This document shows, one piece after another, positions 1 through 18,552 of a stretch of DNA of 64,000 nt (position 1 is the first letter of the stretch; every line of letters starts with the position of its first letter). The stretch lies in the NCBI RefSeq assembly GCF_009914755.1, contig NC_060928.1; one strand, 5' to 3'. The translations under genes and the position numbers were made by a program. This DNA comes from the human T2T-CHM13v2.0 reference genome, Homo sapiens. The notes below the pieces were generated by a model that had not been told where the DNA came from, ran no database searches, and worked only from the letters and a program-made list of their open reading frames with translations.

Positions 1-288
<288 letters not shown>

Positions 289-436
289 TTAAGTTCTTAA
301 TTGCTTCATTTGATGTCTTTTCAAGTAAGTGAAATAGACACATATTTTTCAAATAAAAGTATATATAAAATATATATGTTTTAAGTTAAGTGAAAAAATA
401 TATATATTACAATTTTCCAAGTAAGTGAAATATATA

Positions 437-766
437 CAGTCATGCGCTACATAACAACATCTCAGTCAACAATGGACTGCATATATGATTGTGGTGCCAT
501 AAGATTATAATACTGTATTTTCATGGTACCTTTTCTATGTTTAGATACACAAATACTTCCCATTGTGTTACAATTGCCTATGTTTAGATTCATAAATACT
601 TCTTATTGTGTTACAGTTGCCTACAGTATTCAGTACAGTCACATGCTGTACAGGTTTGTAGCTGTACCATATATCCTAGGTGTGTAGCAGGCTACGCCAT
701 CTAGGTTTGTGAAAGTACACTCTAGGATGATCACACAATGACGAAATTGCCTAATGATGTGTTTCT
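437..766 (+). mobile_element. Tigger3/MER7-type TcMar DNA transposon, 3' end missing
   Basis: Starts TA|CAGTCATGCGC; typical body (ccataagattataatactgtatttt, ctaggtgtgtag, atgacgaaattgcctaatga); stops at the following Alu. Confidence 0.85.
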
Positions 767-776
767 CTCTCTCTCT

Positions 777-1240
777 TTTTTTTTTTTTTGAGATGGAGTC
801 TCACTCTGTCACCTGGGCTGGAGTGCAGTGGTGCAGTGGCGCGATCTCGGCTCACTGCATCCTCCACCTCCTGGGTTCAAGTGATTCTCCTGCCTCAGTC
901 TCCTGAATAGCTGGGATTACAGGCATGCACCATCACACCCAGCTAATTTTTGTATTTTTAGTAGAGAGGGGTTTCACCATGTTGGCCAGGCTGCTCTCAA
1001 ACTTCTGATCTCGTGATTTGCCTGCCTTGGCCTCCCAAAGTGCTGGGATTACAAGCGTGAGCCACTGTTCCTGGCCTCAAGCGATTGTCTTGCCTCAGCC
1101 TCTTTAGTAGCTGGAACAACAGGCACGTGCCAGCATGATTTCGCCACGTTGCCCAGGCTGGTCTCGTGACCTCAAGTGATCTCTCTGCCTTGAGCTCCCA
1201 AAGTGCTAGGATTACAGGCATAAGCCACAGCACCTGGCCT
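777..1240 (-). mobile_element. Alu (777-1077) plus an internally deleted older Alu fragment (1078-1240)
   Basis: Two tandem antisense Alu matches. Confidence 0.9.
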
Positions 1241-1259
1241 GAGTACTCTATTTAAAATG

Positions 1260-1622
1260 CACTCCTCTCCTGTTACTCTTGCTATGGTTTTGTTTACCTT
1301 CATAGCAATTAGCCTCACCCGAAGTATCATATTCTACTCATGACTCCTCTGATGTAAGCTCCATGAGGCAGGGGCTGTATTTGGGCCTTTGCTTGTTCCC
1401 AGTGCCTGGCATGGAGTTATCTCTCAGTAAATATTTGTTGAATGTCTGGACGTGGTGGTGCATGCCTGTAATTCCAGCACTTTGGGAGGCTGAGGTGGGA
1501 GGATCACTTGAGCCCAGTAGGTTGAGGCTGCGGTGAGCCGTGACGACGCCACTAAACTCCAGCCTGAACAACAGAGCAAGACCTCATCTCAAAAAAATTT
1601 TTTTATTGTTGTTGAATGAATG
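1260..1622 (+). mobile_element. L2 3' end interrupted by an Alu monomer (FAM/FRAM-like, about 1445-1598)
   Basis: tgtaagctccatgaggcagg...cagtgcctggca...cagtaaatatttgttgaatg; ttgttgaatg repeated on both sides of the monomer. Confidence 0.8.
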
Positions 1623-1644
1623 CTTGGAGAGCCAAAGGAGCTGA

Positions 1645-2144
<500 letters not shown>

Positions 2145-2329
2145 TGACAATCCACCAGACCATTCTGACTACCTGCCCACCTAGTAATTTGTTATTTCCT
2201 CCCTTCCTTGATTGTCTCCCCCCCGTTACCAATTAATACCATATTTATTAATTTCCTGCTATGAATATGACACTATCTGCCGATGCTTTATTAAAATGTA
2301 AAATGACTCTTCCTCCTCAAGTAGGGTAG

Positions 2330-3033
<704 letters not shown>

Positions 3034-3071
3034 TAGATGACCTTTCATGGCTAACATAGAATCGTATCGTG

Positions 3072-3372
<301 letters not shown>

Positions 3373-3479
3373 AAGAATCATATTGTGAAGAGTGTCGATG
3401 CATCGATAAAAACTGAAATAACAATACGTGGATTGGGTGACTCAGTGCAGTATTTATACACACATGTGGACACAGGGGA

Positions 3480-3660
3480 CATCCTGGTATAATGGAAAGA
3501 GCATGTGTTCTGGAACCATGCTGACCTGTGCAGGAGTGCCCACTCTAGCTTTTGCTAGCTGTGAGATCTTGAGACCTCCCTCACCCACAGTTTCCTTGTT
3601 TGCATAACATGGACCTGAATTTTTGCTTATCAGAGTATTTGTGAAGATTTAACAAGATGC
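3480..3660 (+). mobile_element. MIR
   Basis: tggtataatggaaagagca...ctagctgtgagatcttg...cagtttccttgtttg. Confidence 0.7.
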
Positions 3661-3823
3661 TCATTTCCTTCCCTATGAATGTCTATTGCTGTTTAGAAAT
3701 CCTGATGAAAAGGCAAAGACCGTTCTGATTGACTTGGGAAGTGGGTATGAAGTCAATACCTCACTTGGCTAATCAGAAAGATTCCTTTCAGTGAACGGGA
3801 TTAGAGTTTTGATTGAAAAAAAA

Positions 3824-4120
3824 GCTACCGGGTGCAGTGGCTCATGCCTGTAATCCCAACACTCTGGGAGGCCAAGGCAGGCAGATCACCTGAGGTCAGG
3901 AGTTCGAGACCAGCCTGGCCAATTGGTGAAACCCCATCTCTACAAAATATTCAAAAATTAGCTGGGCATGGTGGCATGTGCCTGCAGTTTAGCTACTTGG
4001 GGGGCTGAGGCATGAGAATTGCTTGAACCTGGGAGGCAGAGGTTGCAGTGAACCAAGATTGTGCCACTGCACTCCAGCCTGGACAACAGAGCAAGACCCT
4101 GTCTCAAAAAAAAAAAAAGA
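3824..4120 (+). mobile_element. Alu
   Basis: Full dimer with A-rich tail. Confidence 0.95.
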
Positions 4121-4861
4121 AGGAAGGAAGGAAAGAAAGAAGCTAAAGAAAAATTGTTCTATCAAAACAGAATAAAAGAGGATAATGATTTAGTCAAGGA
4201 ATCTGTTGATGTCTGTATTATATAGATTCTTATCTTGCAATCCGTGTTAAAGAATCCTAAAAACTCAACCTCCGAGGGGGACCAAGGAGCTCTGTAGCTT
4301 ATTGTAGAAGCCCCTCTATAGACACCATCTCCCAAAAAGGGGTCATCTGACCTCTATTGGAATACTTCTAGGATGGCCAATTCACTGTTGCATGAGGCTG
4401 GCGATTTTGCTTTTGATAACTTGAGCTCTTCCTAAGGTTTGCCCCCAAATTCTTCCTGCAGCCGACTTCCGCCAGCCTCTGACAAAGCACATTTTCCCAT
4501 CTCTTCTCTCTGTGACTTGGCAGGGATTGGATTTTAATGGTTATCTACTGAACAGAGTACTTTACAGTTCTTGATAATAGCCCCTTATTCGGGAAAATCA
4601 ATACCAGAAATAGTTGAAGCTTTAAAAAAATTCAACAGACATCTATCTGAGGTGGTTTAATAGCATGGCATTTGTAATTCCCACCACAGTCTGCAATGCA
4701 GTGGTGAACACTGGCACTGAGAACAGTGATGATATATTCCATAGCTAAAATATATTTCCTAGTATCACATCTCAAGTCCAGTTCATTTTATCAACATTAT
4801 TGAGCATCTTACTAGGCTGTGGAAGGCACTAAATCCAACATAAGCCTCAAGCTGGTTTTCT

Positions 4862-5154
4862 TTTTTTTTCTTTTGAGACGGAGTCTCGCTGCCGCCCAGG
4901 TTGAAGTGCAGTGGCACGATCTCGGCTCACTGCAGGCTCCGCCCCCTGGGGTTCACGCCATTCCCCTGCCTCAGCCTCCCGAGTAGCTGGGACTACAGGC
5001 GCCTGCCACCTTGCTCGGCTAATGTTCTGTATTTTTACTAGAGACGGGGTTTCACCGTGTTAGCCAGGATGGTCTCGATTTCCTGACCTCGTGATCCGCC
5101 TGCCTCGGCCTCCCAAAGTGCTGGGATTACAGGCGTGAGCCACCGTGCCCGGCC
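4862..5154 (-). mobile_element. AluY-type element
   Basis: AluY diagnostics (ttcacgccattc, caccgtgttagccaggatggtctcgat); perfect 15-bp TSD tcaagctggttttct at 4847-4861 and 5155-5169. Confidence 0.95.
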
Positions 5155-5429
5155 TCAAGCTGGTTTTCTCTTTCAACTCCTATTATCATTGTTTAGAACC
5201 ACATTCATGAGATGTGATGTAAAATAACATGATTGATGCTCTTAACAAAGCCATGAATGGGATGGGGTGGAGGGAGGCAGCTTAAATGTGTGCTAGAAAA
5301 TGTTGATGTAAGACTGGGATGAGGATGAGGAGAGTGAGGGACCTGGGACACAAAGTCTAAGGATCCTGTCCCCCTTGTCCCTGCTCCTGTCTTCAAGGCC
5401 TCTTCTAGGTCTGGTATGTTGTGACCCAG

Positions 5430-6225
<796 letters not shown>

Positions 6226-6730
6226 ATTATTGAGTTAGAGTAAATAGAAACCATTTAATTTATATTCAATCCGCCTTCTTAAAGGTTGGAAGTCTGGAGA
6301 AATTACGTAAGACTAATATATTACAAAATACCAACATATTTGCTTTATGATTAAGAGTTGACCCTTAAGAGAAATTGAACGGAACCAAGACATCTTAAGT
6401 CCTCTTTTAATCTCTCAAACATCTCAATTTCTCTTCAGGTTTGATTAAAATGTTTCATGTTGGGGAAATCCAAAGATTCCTTGGTGACTTATCTCAGTCA
6501 AAGCAGGAAAGAGGGTGCTTCCAGTATTACTACTGCTGATCTGGAAAATCTTAGTTGGCAGAGAAATGAAGAACCAAAGGCCCTGCAATCCAACCAGTCA
6601 GCATCTTAAGACAGTTCCAAGAACTCAGACTTGTTGACTTCTACCGTGGTCATGTGTTGGGCCACAGTTTGAAAAACAGAACATCTGAGCTCCATGCCTG
6701 AAGACCATCCCAATCAATATTGTACTCACT

Positions 6731-7038
6731 TTTTTTTTTTTTTTTTTTTTTTTTGAGACAGAGTATCACTCTGTCGCCCAGGCTGGAGTGCGGTGACACA
6801 ATCTTGGCTCATTGCATCCCCCTCCTGGGTTCAAGCAATTCTCCTGCCTGAGCCTCTCAAAAAGCTGGGACTATAGTCACGTGCCACCAACCACACCCAG
6901 CTAATCTTTTTATGTTTTTAGTAGAGACAGGGTTTCACCAGGTTGGCCAGGCTAGTCTTGAATTCCTGACCTCAAGTGATCTGCCTACCTTGGCCTCCAA
7001 AGTGCTGGGATTACAGGAGTGACCCACCACACCCGGCT
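6731..7038 (-). mobile_element. Alu
   Basis: Full antisense dimer. Confidence 0.95.
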
Positions 7039-7467
7039 GACACTGGGCTCTTAATCTCCTCAGATATCTACTTACCCATTTGCAAGTCCCTGCTCCAGAC
7101 AGCACACTGCCTCTCCAGCTTCCCAGACAGCTTTTATTCCTTGTGAGAAACCAGCAGTTTCAGATGTCACTCCTAAAATTCAGTCTGAGCTTTTTCAGGC
7201 CCAAGTCCTGTTGGCCACTTTCTGCTGACATGGCCTTGGGGTAGAAGTAACCTTCAGCTGGGCTTCCCAGCCACTTGAGTTTGCAGGAAACTATTTTGTA
7301 TAAGCCTTCAAAAAACGGCAAGCTTCAAAACTCCTATTAGTCTGTAAGTTGGAGCCTTGAGCACATATTTACACTCCCTGGTAATTAACTGTTTGATGGC
7401 AGAGTTATTGCTAATTGTTTTATGGTTTTGCAACTCTGTGTGGTGGCTTAGAATTGCTTCTCAGCCA

Positions 7468-7762
<295 letters not shown>

Positions 7763-8051
7763 ATTGGTTCTCAGCCGAGACCAAAGAAACATATGCCTTC
7801 AGGATATATTGAAACAAGAAATTATCTTTGAATGGATGGATTGATAGAGGGAAAGTCCAAAGGTTTATTATGCTTGAAAGCTAAAGAGGAGGGGAGCAAA
7901 TACCTCCTATGAGCTGGGCACAGTCATGCTGTCAAGCAATGCTCTGCGTTATTCTATTTGATCCACTGGTCTAAGAGGATAGGGCCATCGACTTCTTTTT
8001 AGCAGTCCAGAAAGTAGAGACTCAGAGGAGTTAAGAAACTGCACCAACTCT

Positions 8052-8524
8052 GGATGGGCATGGTGGCTCATGCCTATAATCCCAGCATTTGGGAGGCCAA
8101 GGCAGGTGGATCACCTGAGGTCAAGGGTTCGAGACCATCCTGATCAACATGGTGAAACCCTGTCTCTGCTAAAAATACAAAAATTAGCTGGGCATGGTGG
8201 CGGGCACCTGTAATCCCAGCTACTCAGGAAGCTGCGGCAGGAGAATCACTTGAATCCAGGAGGCAGAGGTTGCAGTGAGCCAAGATCGTGCCACTGCACT
8301 CCAGCCTGGGTGACAGAGCGAGACTCCGTCTCAAAAAAAAAAAAAAAAAAAAAATTAGCCAGGCGTTGTGGCACACACCTCTAATCCCATCTACATGGGA
8401 GGCTGAGTCAGGAAAATTGCTTGTACCTGGGAGGCGGAGGTTGTAGTGAGCCGAGATTGTGCCATTGCACTCTAGCCTGGGCAACAAAAGCAAAACTCCA
8501 TCTGAAAAAAAAAAAAAAAAGGAA
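8052..8524 (+). mobile_element. Alu trimer (left-right-right arms) inside an antisense MIR
   Basis: Second right arm starts after poly(A) at about 8354; one TSD aagaaactgcaccaa at 8033-8047 and 8525-8539. Confidence 0.9.
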
Positions 8525-8959
8525 AAGAAACTGCACCAAGTCACAGAACTAGTGAGTGGCAGAGCCACAACTTTAACCCAGAGTCCCAGTGAGGCTGGGA
8601 ATTACGGGAGAGGTCAGAGAGGGGAAGAACTGGCTATCAGAGTGGACAAGTGAGGTAAGAAGTGTCTTGGAGGATAAAATCCTTTAAGAGAGAAGCCAAG
8701 GGAAGAAGGTGGAAAGGAAGATGAGGCCCCAAATAACCCTGGTTCAGTCATTAATTCATTCAACAAACATTTGCAATTCCAGCTGCTAAGTTTTCTTCAG
8801 AGCCTCAGCTGCCTGAAGAGCAGCCATGAAGAGCTATTTAAGATGCATGTCATCCTTAAAACCCACTTACCAGGTGTGTGTATCAGATTTCCCAGCTGGA
8901 CTTAAACCGATGCAGTTCTGACCTCTAACCCTTGACTTCTAGTAGCAGATTACCAGAAT

Positions 8960-9100
8960 CCATATCTCAGCTTCTACATTTCCTAGCTGTGAGACTTTGG
9001 GCAAGTCACTTGACCTCTCTGGGCCTTTGTTTCCTCATCTGTAAAAGGGAATAATAATGATAGTAACTACCTGGCACACAGTGATCATTTATTGGACGTA
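8960..9100 (+). mobile_element. MIR
   Basis: ctagctgtgagactttgggcaagtcacttgacctctctgggcctttgtttcctcatctgtaaaagggaataata. Confidence 0.85.
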
Positions 9101-9214
9101 AGTTGAGTTCTGTGGCCTATAGCCTAGGATGGAACCTGGTCTGTCTTCACCTCACTAACCTATGGTATGAACTTCAGATGTTTCTAATGCAGACCCAGCC
9201 TGCTTCACTCTTCT

Positions 9215-9465
9215 TTTTTTTTTTTTTTTTTTTTTAAATAGAGATGGGGCCAGGCATAGTGGCTCATGCCTGTAATCCCAACACTTCGGGAGGCCAAGGC
9301 ACGAACTTAGGACTTCCAGACCAGCCTGGCCAACATAGTAAGACCCTGTCTCTCTCTCTCTATTTTTTGTTTGGTTGTTTGTTTTGAAGACAGGGTCTCA
9401 CTCTGTGGCTCAGGCTGGAATGCAATTTTTTTGGCTTGCTCCAAACATAATCGTAGCTCACTGTG
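9215..9465. mobile_element. Mosaic of Alu fragments in both orientations
   Basis: poly(T)+agagatgggg, sense left arm 9248-9355, antisense right-arm piece 9388-9463. Confidence 0.8.
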
Positions 9466-10109
9466 ATGGGATGAAAAAGGGGAGCACGTGCTGGCAATCC
9501 CTAAAGCCATGCAGAGCAGAAGCTGAACCCCATTGCTACATAGATCCTTTGACACATAAAGGCCAGATCTCCCCATTCTGGGCTGGCGAGATGTGTGGAA
9601 TCAACCCCAGAGATACATCCAGGAAATATGGTGGAGAAAAAACTCTTAGGGAAATACACCATCACCCCTCTTCTGGGGGACCCCTGGGGTCTCCAGCCCC
9701 TGGTGTGTTTTCTCCTGTGCTGGCAGCAGGCATAGCCCCGAGTCTATGGGCTGCAGCCCCCCTTTCTCTGCTGTGGATGTGGTCAACTGGGGTCCTATGA
9801 ATGAGCTGCTCTCGGTTTGCTTTGGTTTCCAGCCAAAAGATTCTCTGGGCTCAGGATGGAAATGTAGGTCTGCTCCGAGGTGGACTGACTGGATCCTAAG
9901 CTTCATTTAGAATAAAAAATGTTATGAGTAAGACAGGAACTTGGGAGCATGTGCTGTCCCCTCTCCCACTGGGGCATTTTGGGACCCTGGATTGTGTCTC
10001 ATTTTAATCCGATTGCTCCAGGGACCTTGACCTGGCCTGGCCTTTGCTCAGTTGTGTGGCTTCCATTGCCTCCAACACCCTTCTGCCTCCTCCTTGAGTA
10101 ACCCCAACT

Positions 10110-10395
10110 CCCTGTCAAGCCTCAGCTTAGGGGCCACTTTCTCCAGGAAGCCCCCATGACTTCCTCAAGACAAGAAGTTGCTTTGCCTGCCCTGGGGTTT
10201 CCTCTACCCAGTTTCCTCTCTGAGGCCACAGGACATCATAATGCACTTGCTTGTTTAATCGTCTGTTTCTCTTTTTACACTGTAGCCCTGAAGGTCAGAG
10301 ATTGGGTCTGACTTATTCACTCTTGTAGCCTCAGTGCCTAGGGTGTTGGGCTCATAGTAGGTGTCCAGTGAATGTTGAATAAATGAACAAATGAT
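10110..10395 (+). mobile_element. L2 3' end
   Basis: cactttctccaggaagcc...cagtgcctagg...catagtaggtgtccagtgaatgttgaataaatgaa. Confidence 0.8.
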
Positions 10396-10482
10396 GAGCT
10401 AGGGCAGGGTGGGTCTCTGGGTCTACACAACAGAGATGACCTAGAATAATACAGAACTTTTGGAAGAAGAAAAACAAACCAG

Positions 10483-11540
<1,058 letters not shown>

Positions 11541-12694
11541 AAGAAAAACAAACCAGAGAGGAAGTCCCCAGGGTGCCTGCTCACCAAAATACCCACCTTG
11601 CTGTGGCGCTCTTTCGCCCCTTCCAACTACTGCCTGTTTTTAATCAGACAGAACTTCAAGAGCAAGAGGCTGCTTGAATAGTTTGCTGTTTGGTGCTCCC
11701 AAGCCTTGGTAGATGTGGGTCAGCTTCATCTGAGTTGGAGCTAAGTGCTTGGTTACAAGGAATAAAGTTCTCCTGGAATTCCCTCAAAAAGAAAGAATGC
11801 TGGTCCCAGGGCTGTGTGTGTGTGATGATCATAAGGACAGAATCTCATGGAAAGCTAGGAGCAGGAAGTGCAAGAGGACGTAGACTCCCTGGAAGCATAG
11901 TTATAGGGCATCTGCATCCAAGCTAGCACCAGGGACCTCTTGCATTCAGAAATTCATGGATTTTCACCTTAGGGTTGCACCATCAATGTGATGGGGGCTC
12001 TCTGTGTGTCTGCTCCTCTCATCTCCTTGTGTCTGATGGGGGACTTTTTCCCGAGAGAGGCAGAGGATTGGCCCCAGCTCATGATGCTATGCCAGACATA
12101 GACACGGGCTACTGGGGACGGGCCCCATTCCCAATCCACTTGTGGTTGGCAAGGGGTGTACAGAAGAAAGCAGGGTCATAGGATGCCACATGTGATCCCA
12201 CAAGCAGGCAAGATCTGAGGTTGAGTGTGCCCAGGACACATGCCCAGGGCGGTCTGTGAGACCAGTCCTCTCCTACTCAGCTCCCCGCGCCAGGGCTCTG
12301 CTCAGATGCGAAAGCCACAATTCGAAGTTCACTGGCATGGTCCTCAGTCCTGCATCATGAACAGCAGAATGTAATATTTATTGCCCCCCTACAGACTGGG
12401 TGTCAAGGTGAAAAAAAAGTAATAATTCTAAATCTCACACAAGGGCTTTGGAGATCAATGAGGTAATTTACATGAAATAGTTTGGGCTCTCTGGGAAACA
12501 AAGTATGGCATAAATTTTGGCTTTTTCAGTGGATGGATCCTCATGCCAATAACTCACCCCAGTTAATGAAAAACTTGCTTGGCTGTGTAGACAGCAGGAA
12601 TGTGCAGGCTACTATCCGAGTTCAGAATGGAATATTTTGGCCCGGCAGGGACTTCCTCTAACCATGATGCAGACACTTGTCTTACGATTTTTTC

Positions 12695-13087
<393 letters not shown>

Positions 13088-13104
13088 TCAAATCTTAACC
13101 TTAT

Positions 13105-13524
<420 letters not shown>

Positions 13525-13951
13525 CTTAACCATATTTTGATGGCTTCTAACTTAACTCTAGATCCTAAGGGCTGTTTTTTCTTACAAGTACAAATAGCAC
13601 AAGTTACTTGAAACAATGGAAAAATGCTCAGTTTCCACCACTGAATGAGTCCTAAAAAACTCTTCGAAAGAGTTGTTTCTGCTCATGCCCATGCTTACAA
13701 TTTAGAGCTCACTCTCATCAGGCTTTTGTTCTTACCACTCCAGGAAAAGTGCTCCTGCTGAGGCCATCTGTGATCTCTGTGTTCCCATAGTCAATGGCTG
13801 CTTCTCTTTCTTCATCTGACTCAAACTGTCAGCCACATTTGATACCACTGATTACTCCCCTTTGCAACACTTTGTCCACTTGGCTTCCAGAACACCATGG
13901 CTACCATTCTTTCTCCTCATTGCACAGCTCATGGGCGCCATGTAGATTCAC

Positions 13952-14150
13952 CAAGGTTTGACAAACTACAGCCTGCAGGCCAAATCCAGTAAAGCTTTAC
14001 TGGAACAACCGTGTCCATTCACTTCCATATTGTCTTTGGCTGCTTTTGCACTATAATGGCAGCGTTGAGAGGTGGCAACAGAGACCACATAGTCCACAAA
14101 GCCAAAAATATTTACTATGTGCCCCTTAATGGGCCAACTTGCCAACCCGT
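13952..14150. mobile_element. MER58A-like hAT MITE
   Basis: caaactacagcctgcaggccaaatccag...ttttgcactataatggcag...acagagaccaca...aaaatatttactat. Confidence 0.85.
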
Positions 14151-14773
14151 GGCACAGACTCATTGGGTACCTGGTGTTGTCTCCTACCCCACTGACCACT
14201 CCTTCTGGTCTTCTTTGCTTCTCCTCGTCTCCTTGATGTCTAAGCCCAGAGTCCTTGAACTCTTCTCTTCTCCCTCTGTACCTAGTCCCTGGGTGAGCAC
14301 ATCCAAACCAATAGACCAGTATATCCAATAGACTTCTCAAACTTAGCCCAAACTGAACTCTTGTTTTCTTCTCTGCCATCCTAGTCTTCCTGTGGTTTTG
14401 CTCATTTCAGTTAGTGGCAGCTCCATCCTTCTAGGTGCTCGGGCCAAATACACTGCAGTTATCAATGACCCTTTTCTCTCATACCAACAGCTAAGACTCC
14501 AACAAATCCTGCTGAACCTACCTTCAAAACGTGCCCCTCTCCCATTCACATCTCAGTCCTTCCGCCCCATTGTCACACTGAAACAGCCATTATCTCCTGC
14601 CTGGACTATTTCAGTAGCCTCTAATTGGTCTCTCTTTTCAGGCCGTTGATCCTTCCAACCTCTCTCACAGCAGACTAAGCAAACCTTTCAAATAGAAGCC
14701 AACCATAGCGTTTCCATGGCTTTCCAGCTCACTCCGGGTGAAAACCAGATATTTCCTGCATCCTCCTATTTGA

Positions 14774-15361
<588 letters not shown>

Positions 15362-15599
15362 CTGCCTCACGTCTTCTTAACATGAGCCTCCCCGGACCGC
15401 CCTAAATAAAACAGCGGCCTCCCCGACTCTCCCCACTCCCTTCTCACCACCATCTGATACACTCTGCTTTGACTTCTGTGTGTGTTGAGTGTTCATCTTG
15501 CCCTCTCAGTTATAAACTCCATGAAGGCAGACTTTTGTTTTGTTTACTGCATGTCCCCGTTGCTTAAAACAGGGCTTGGTACTCAGGAAATACTTTGTT

Positions 15600-15722
15600 T
15601 TGTTTTTTAGAGACAGGGTCTCACTATGTTGCCTGCCCAAGCCGGCCTCGAACACCTGGGTTCAAGTGATCCTCCCGCTTCAAATCCTAAGTAGTTGAGA
15701 CTACAGGTGTGCACCATTGTGC
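15600..15722 (-). mobile_element. FLAM-like Alu monomer
   Basis: agagacagggtctcactatgttgcc...; inserted in the L2 terminus, TSD ctcag(g/t)aaata. Confidence 0.8.
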
Positions 15723-15756
15723 TCTCAGTAAATATTTAAATATCTTTTCCCCCTTA

Positions 15757-16110
<354 letters not shown>

Positions 16111-16395
16111 CCAACTTAGGTTAGGGCACTTGCACGAGATCAAATTAGGGTGGGAGTGAGGCTGACGTGGAATTTGGAGTTTATACCTGAGGGCTGTCTG
16201 ACTCCAAATTCAGTGCTCATTCTGCAATTATATGTTGCTCTCAGCCTCTGTCAGTGGCTCTGAGGGTTGTTTTGCAGAAAGGCAGTTGTTCCCAAGGGGG
16301 AAAGGATTTTTAGGATGCATAGACAACTCATCGTGGATCTCTGTTTTTCTGTCACCTTTATATTCTTGCTCCATCCACCCTGGGAGTTTGGGATA

Positions 16396-16398
<3 letters not shown>

Positions 16399-16439
<41 letters not shown>
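16399..16439. repeat. (TG)n microsatellite
   Basis: About 20 uninterrupted GT units. Confidence 0.98.
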
Positions 16440-16441
<2 letters not shown>

Positions 16442-16689
16442 TTCTCCAAGTTCGTCTTCCAGTATATTAAGTAGAACTCTCTTTGATTTTTCCTGAAACA
16501 AAATTTCCATGGTTTACATAATCATGAGCTGTTTCCCCTCCCCAGTGACCTACACTATTGTTATGCTGGTCTGGGAATTCAGCAGTCTTTTGTGGATGAC
16601 CAAATGCCTTGAATTTTAAGTTTCTGTGCCCATTTGCACTGCTGCAGTGTAGCTAAGGATCTCCAAACAAATGCTTAAATGGAGCAGAA

Positions 16690-17432
16690 TTGGTTCCAGG
16701 ACCCCCTGAAGATACCAAAATCCTGCTCGGTTCTCTGGTATAAATGGCATAGTATTTGCATATAACCCATGCACTTTCTCCTGTATACTTTCTTTCTTTT
16801 AGAGATAGGGTCTGTTCTGTCGCCCAGGCTGAGTGAGTGCAGTGGCACGATTACAGCTCACCACAGCTTTGAACTCCTAGGTCCAAGCCATCCTCCTGCT
16901 TCCTGAGATGCTGAGATTATAGGCATGAGCTACCATGCCCAGCTACTCTGATATACTTTAAATCATCACTAGATTACCTATAATACCTAATACAATGTAA
17001 GTAGTTTTTTTTTTTTTTGAGACCAAGTATTGTTCTATCACCCAGGCTGGAGTGCAATGGCACTGCAACCTCCACCCCCCAGGGTTCAAGCAATTCTCAT
17101 GCCTCAGCCCTCAGCCTCCTGAGTAGCTGGACTATAGGCACGTGCCACCACGCCTGGCTAATTTTTTGTAATTTTAGTGGAGACGGGGTTTCTTCCTGTT
17201 ACCCAGGCTGATCTCCAACTCCTGACCTCAAGCGATCCACCCGCCTTGGCCTCCCAAAGTGCTGGGATTATAGGTGTGAGCCACTGCACCCAGCCTAATG
17301 TAAATAGTTGTTATACTGCATATTTAATTTGTATTATTTTAAATTGTTATATATTTTTTTCTCCCAAATATTTTCCAGATGTTGTTGGTTGAATCTGAGG
17401 ATGAACCTACAGATATGGAGGGCCATTGCAGT
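16690..17432. mobile_element. MER2 (Tigger family) split by an Alu monomer (about 16795-16943) and an Alu (17005-17295), both antisense
   Basis: ggttccaggacccc...gataccaaaatcc...tagtatttgcatataacc...ctagattacctataatacctaatacaatgtaa...ggttgaatc...gatatggagggcc. Confidence 0.85.
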
Positions 17433-17457
17433 TTCTAGTTTAAAAAAACTGTGGTAA

Positions 17458-17758
<301 letters not shown>

Positions 17759-17941
17759 TGAACCATTTCTTTGTAGAAAACAATTGTTAATTGATTTTCT
17801 TTCTAAATTTAAGGCCTTCCTCCTTCCTTCTTTCTTTTCTTTCTTCCTTCCTACTCTGGCTTCCAGAACTGCAGGAGATCTTGTCTTGCAGCATTTTTTT
17901 CCTCCCAGTTTCTACATGATAGTAGAAAAAGCCTCTTTAAA

Positions 17942-18552
<611 letters not shown>

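Noticed and set aside
320-436. Three copies of aagt(t)aagtgaaa about 40-60 bp apart
   Set aside because: Degenerate AT-rich low-complexity tandem; too weak to interpret
6439-6610. Good acceptor (tttctcttcag) followed by short open frames
   Set aside because: All frames close quickly, no matching strong donor and no recognisable peptide
12529-12662. Acceptor-like ttttcag followed by a 43-codon open frame
   Set aside because: Length expected by chance; no donor, poly(A) signal or homology
13966-14649. ORFs of 85-137 aa outside Alus
   Set aside because: They overlap MER58 and decayed L2 sequence and resemble no protein I recognise
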